Source: Thermoanaerobaculia bacterium (GTDB lineage: Bacteria; Acidobacteriota; Thermoanaerobaculia; Multivoradales; Multivoraceae). Taken from it: 64,000 bases of DNA. How positions within the stretch are numbered: position 1 is the first letter of the stretch; each line of letters opens with the position of its first letter. Where the stretch lies: the NCBI GenBank assembly GCA_963666565.1, contig OY762911.1, positions 3,456,001-3,520,000 of the forward strand, written 5' to 3'. Shown here in pieces: positions 61,548-64,000 of this stretch. The notes under the pieces were generated by a model. That model ran no database searches. It was not told where the DNA came from and saw nothing but the letters and a program-made list of their open reading frames with translations. Both the position numbers and the translations under genes were made by a program.

Positions 61548-61672
61548 TTGCCAGTACGCAAGGCCTTCCGCGCGCCAAGGCCGGGACGACCATGCCGGCC
61601 GGCGGGTCGTCGATCCGGTCCGGGAGCCGGCGCGGAAGGGCTGGCGGCGTCCGGTAGAGTTATGCTTCGTCC

Positions 61673-62053
61673 ATGACCGGCATCGCCCGTCCCCTCGCCA
61701 GCAGCCGCACCGTCGGCAAGGCGGTCGCCCGGGGCACGCCGCTGGAACGAACGATCCGCGCCAAGCTCGAAGCCGCGACCGGCGCCGAAGCGATCGAGGT
61801 CCTGAACGAGAGCCGGATGCACAACGTCCCGCCCGAGGCCGAAACCCACTTCCGTATCGTCGTCGTCAGCAACCGGTTCGAGGGCGCGAACCGGCTGCAG
61901 CGACACCGGGTGATTCACCGAGCCCTGGCCGACGAACTGGCCGGACCGGTCCACGCCCTCGCCATCGATGCGCTGACGCCGGCCGAGTGGCGGGCTCGCG
62001 GCGAGAGCCGCGGCTTCTCGCCTGACTGCCGCGGCGGTTCCAAGTTCGACTAG
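61673..62053 (+). CDS. bolA: BolA family protein
   Basis: NESRMH, ETHFRIVVVS..F, RHR, VHALAI. Confidence 0.9.
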   Translation: MTGIARPLASSRTVGKAVARGTPLERTIRAKLEAATGAEAIEVLNESRMHNVPPEAETHFRIVVVSNRFEGANRLQRHRVIHRALADELAGPVHALAIDALTPAEWRARGESRGFSPDCRGGSKFD

Positions 62054-62064
62054 AGCCCCCGCAA

Positions 62065-62721
62065 CTACGGCTGCGGCACCACCCGGATGTACGGCAGGGG
62101 CTGCTGCCAGCCCTGGGGGTACTTGGCCCGCGCCGCCTCGTCCGACACCGCCGGCAGGATGATCACGTCGTCGCCGTGCTCCCAGTTCGCCGGCGTCGCC
62201 ACCTGCTCCTTGGCGGTCAACTGGACGGAGTCGAGCAGCCGCAAGATCTCGGCGAAGTTCCGGCCCGTGCTCATCGGGTAGGTGAGGGTCGCCTTGATCC
62301 GCTTGTCCGGGCCGATCACGAAGACCGAGCGCGCGGTCGCGTTGTCCATCGGCGTCCGGCCCTCGGAGGAGTCGCCGGCGTCGGCAGGCAACATGTCGTA
62401 GTGCTTCACGATGTCGAGCGTCGGGTCGCCGATCAGCGGGTAGTTCAGAGCGTGACCCTGGGACGCCTCGATGTCCTTCGACCACGCCTGGTGGTCCGAC
62501 ACCCCGTCGACGCTGATGCCGATCACCTTGCAGTTGCGGCGGTCGAACTCGCCCTTGAGACCGGCCACTGTCCCCAGCTCGGTCGTGCAGACCGGCGTGA
62601 AGTCCTTGGGATGAGAGAACAGAACGCACCAACCATCGCCGATCCACTCGTGAAAGTCGATCTCTCCCTCCGTCGTCTGCGCGATGAAGTTGGGAGCTTC
62701 GTCGTTGATTCTGAGCGTCAT
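62065..62721 (-). CDS. 1-Cys peroxiredoxin (Prx6 family)
   Basis: FSHPKDFTPVCTTE, YPMSTGRNF, VATPANW. Confidence 0.93.
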   Translation of the reverse strand: MTLRINDEAPNFIAQTTEGEIDFHEWIGDGWCVLFSHPKDFTPVCTTELGTVAGLKGEFDRRNCKVIGISVDGVSDHQAWSKDIEASQGHALNYPLIGDPTLDIVKHYDMLPADAGDSSEGRTPMDNATARSVFVIGPDKRIKATLTYPMSTGRNFAEILRLLDSVQLTAKEQVATPANWEHGDDVIILPAVSDEAARAKYPQGWQQPLPYIRVVPQP

Positions 62722-62864
62722 GATTCCTCCGGTCGATCGGGTTCTGTACGGAGCGCGTAGCGTGGAGCGCCGAGAAAGGTGATCATTCTAGTCACGTTTG
62801 GCGAGTGATTGCGTCGTGCCTCCGGACGCACACGCCCCACCAGGCCATCCAGGGCGACCGCGCC

Positions 62865-63308
62865 CTAACGCGTCTTCCGTTCGAGCTGCCGGCGCAGTTC
62901 GTCGAGTTCCGCGCGGTCGGGCCTCAGATTCGCCGCGCCGTGGATGTAGACGTGCTCGATCTCGGAAGCGGACAGCTTCGTGTTCCAGTGGAGCAGAATG
63001 CGCACGCAGCGATTCAGACCGCCGGGTACCGCCATCTCGTGGCCGCACAGCAGCGCCACGTCGCGCCAGCCCATCAGGCGCGCCGCCAGCGCCGGGTACT
63101 CCGCGGTCAGGTCGGGAGTGGTGGTGAAGACGGCACTCGCGACATCGTCTCGCTCGATCCCGTTCGCCTGGGCCATCCGCTCAAGGAGTTCGGCGGTCGC
63201 CGTGAGGATCTGCTCGCGGCTCGTGCCCTCGACCGTCGTCGCGCCGCGGACCCCCCGGCACGCCAGACGCCCGCGGCGCCAGATGCTCGACTGCGGTTTG
63301 CGAGGCAT
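62865..63308 (-). CDS. aroH: AroH-type chorismate mutase
   Basis: [35 protein letters not shown]. Confidence 0.9.
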   Translation of the reverse strand: MPRKPQSSIWRRGRLACRGVRGATTVEGTSREQILTATAELLERMAQANGIERDDVASAVFTTTPDLTAEYPALAARLMGWRDVALLCGHEMAVPGGLNRCVRILLHWNTKLSASEIEHVYIHGAANLRPDRAELDELRRQLERKTR

Positions 63309-63480
63309 GAGAGCGGGTGAGCGGCTACCATCCGGGACGAAGGGAAGCGGCGAACTGTACCAATCACACCGCCACCGTCTGCCGGCGCTTCGGCCCGAGA
63401 GTCCGCGCGGCTTCGCCGCCCGGACGCCCGCCTCACGCTGGACTCCCGCGTCTGGCGAGGCGTTTCGGCAAGAGACCTCG

Positions 63481-64000
63481 CGCGGCGCAGCCGCCTGCCT
63501 CGCGGCCGCGGCGGCGCTGCTTGCCGGCTGTGCGATCGAGCCGGCGCCGGACCGGGGGCCGGTCCCTGAACGGCCGAACGTCCTGCTCATCCTCGCCGAC
63601 GACCTCGGCTACGGCGACCTCGGCGCCTACAACCCGGAGTCGCGGATCCCGACCCCCAACCTCGACCGGCTCGCGGCCGAGGGCGCGCGACTGACGGACG
63701 CCCACAGCCCGTCGTCCGTCTGCACGCCGACCCGCTACGCGCTGCTCACCGGCCGCTACGCCTGGCGCTCCCGGCTCAAGCGCGGCGTGCTGAACGGACG
63801 CTCCACCGCCCTGCTGGCGCCCGAGCGCGTCACCCTGCCGGCGTTCCTGCGGACCCTGGGTTACGCCACCGCCGGCATCGGCAAGTGGCATCTCGGGCTC
63901 GGCGCCGACCCGGATCCGGACGACGACGCTCCCGGCGAGACGGACTACGGCGCGCCGCTCCGGCCGGGGCCGGTCACCGCCGGTTTCGAGCGCTACTTCG
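63481..64000 (+). CDS. Arylsulfatase-family lipoprotein, 5' part (start uncertain, runs off window)
   Basis: Lipobox [33 protein letters not shown] (CxPxR), GKWHLG. Not in the supplied ORF list because it lacks a stop within the window. Confidence 0.88.

Overview
Very GC-rich (about 70% by eye), gene-dense bacterial window, probably from an Acidobacteriota/Thermoanaerobaculia-like genome. This is inferred from the Spondin_N-FN3 surface protein with a 'FWFFDPANLELVVKVLDG' C-terminal module, the DUF5916 protein, the PQQ dehydrogenase and the TPR protein. Two accessory loci stand out. (1) At 1.1-3.1 kb, a DarT/DarG-type DNA ADP-ribosylation toxin-antitoxin pair in which the macrodomain antitoxin ends in a helix-hairpin-helix motif, followed by an overlapping Ala-rich orphan ORF. 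(2) At 6.5-20.9 kb, an apparently uncharacterised phospho-signalling/conflict system: a translationally coupled minus-strand operon (coiled-coil protein, ClpB-D2-like AAA+ ATPase with a degenerate N-terminal domain, orphan NrdG-like radical SAM, Zn-ribbon-FHA, PP2C) transcribed divergently from non-RD Ser/Thr kinases. The kinases have N-terminal Thr-repeat tails and variable C-terminal membrane domains. The coiled-coil/kinase unit is duplicated and the kinase is triplicated with mosaic (gene-conversion-like) sequence. The rest is mostly metabolic or housekeeping: TRAP plus NCS2 transport, siroheme/APS reductase/MetY sulfur genes, CoA-transferases and acyl-CoA dehydrogenases, TrkA, a mycobacterial Sdh1-type succinate dehydrogenase, MATE, an RpoD-type sigma factor, SPFH-RHH, BolA, Prx, AroH and a sulfatase. 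A dispersed REP-like hairpin repeat family is also present. No rRNA, tRNA, CRISPR array or transposase was recognised. All calls are from motif recognition by eye; no searches were run.
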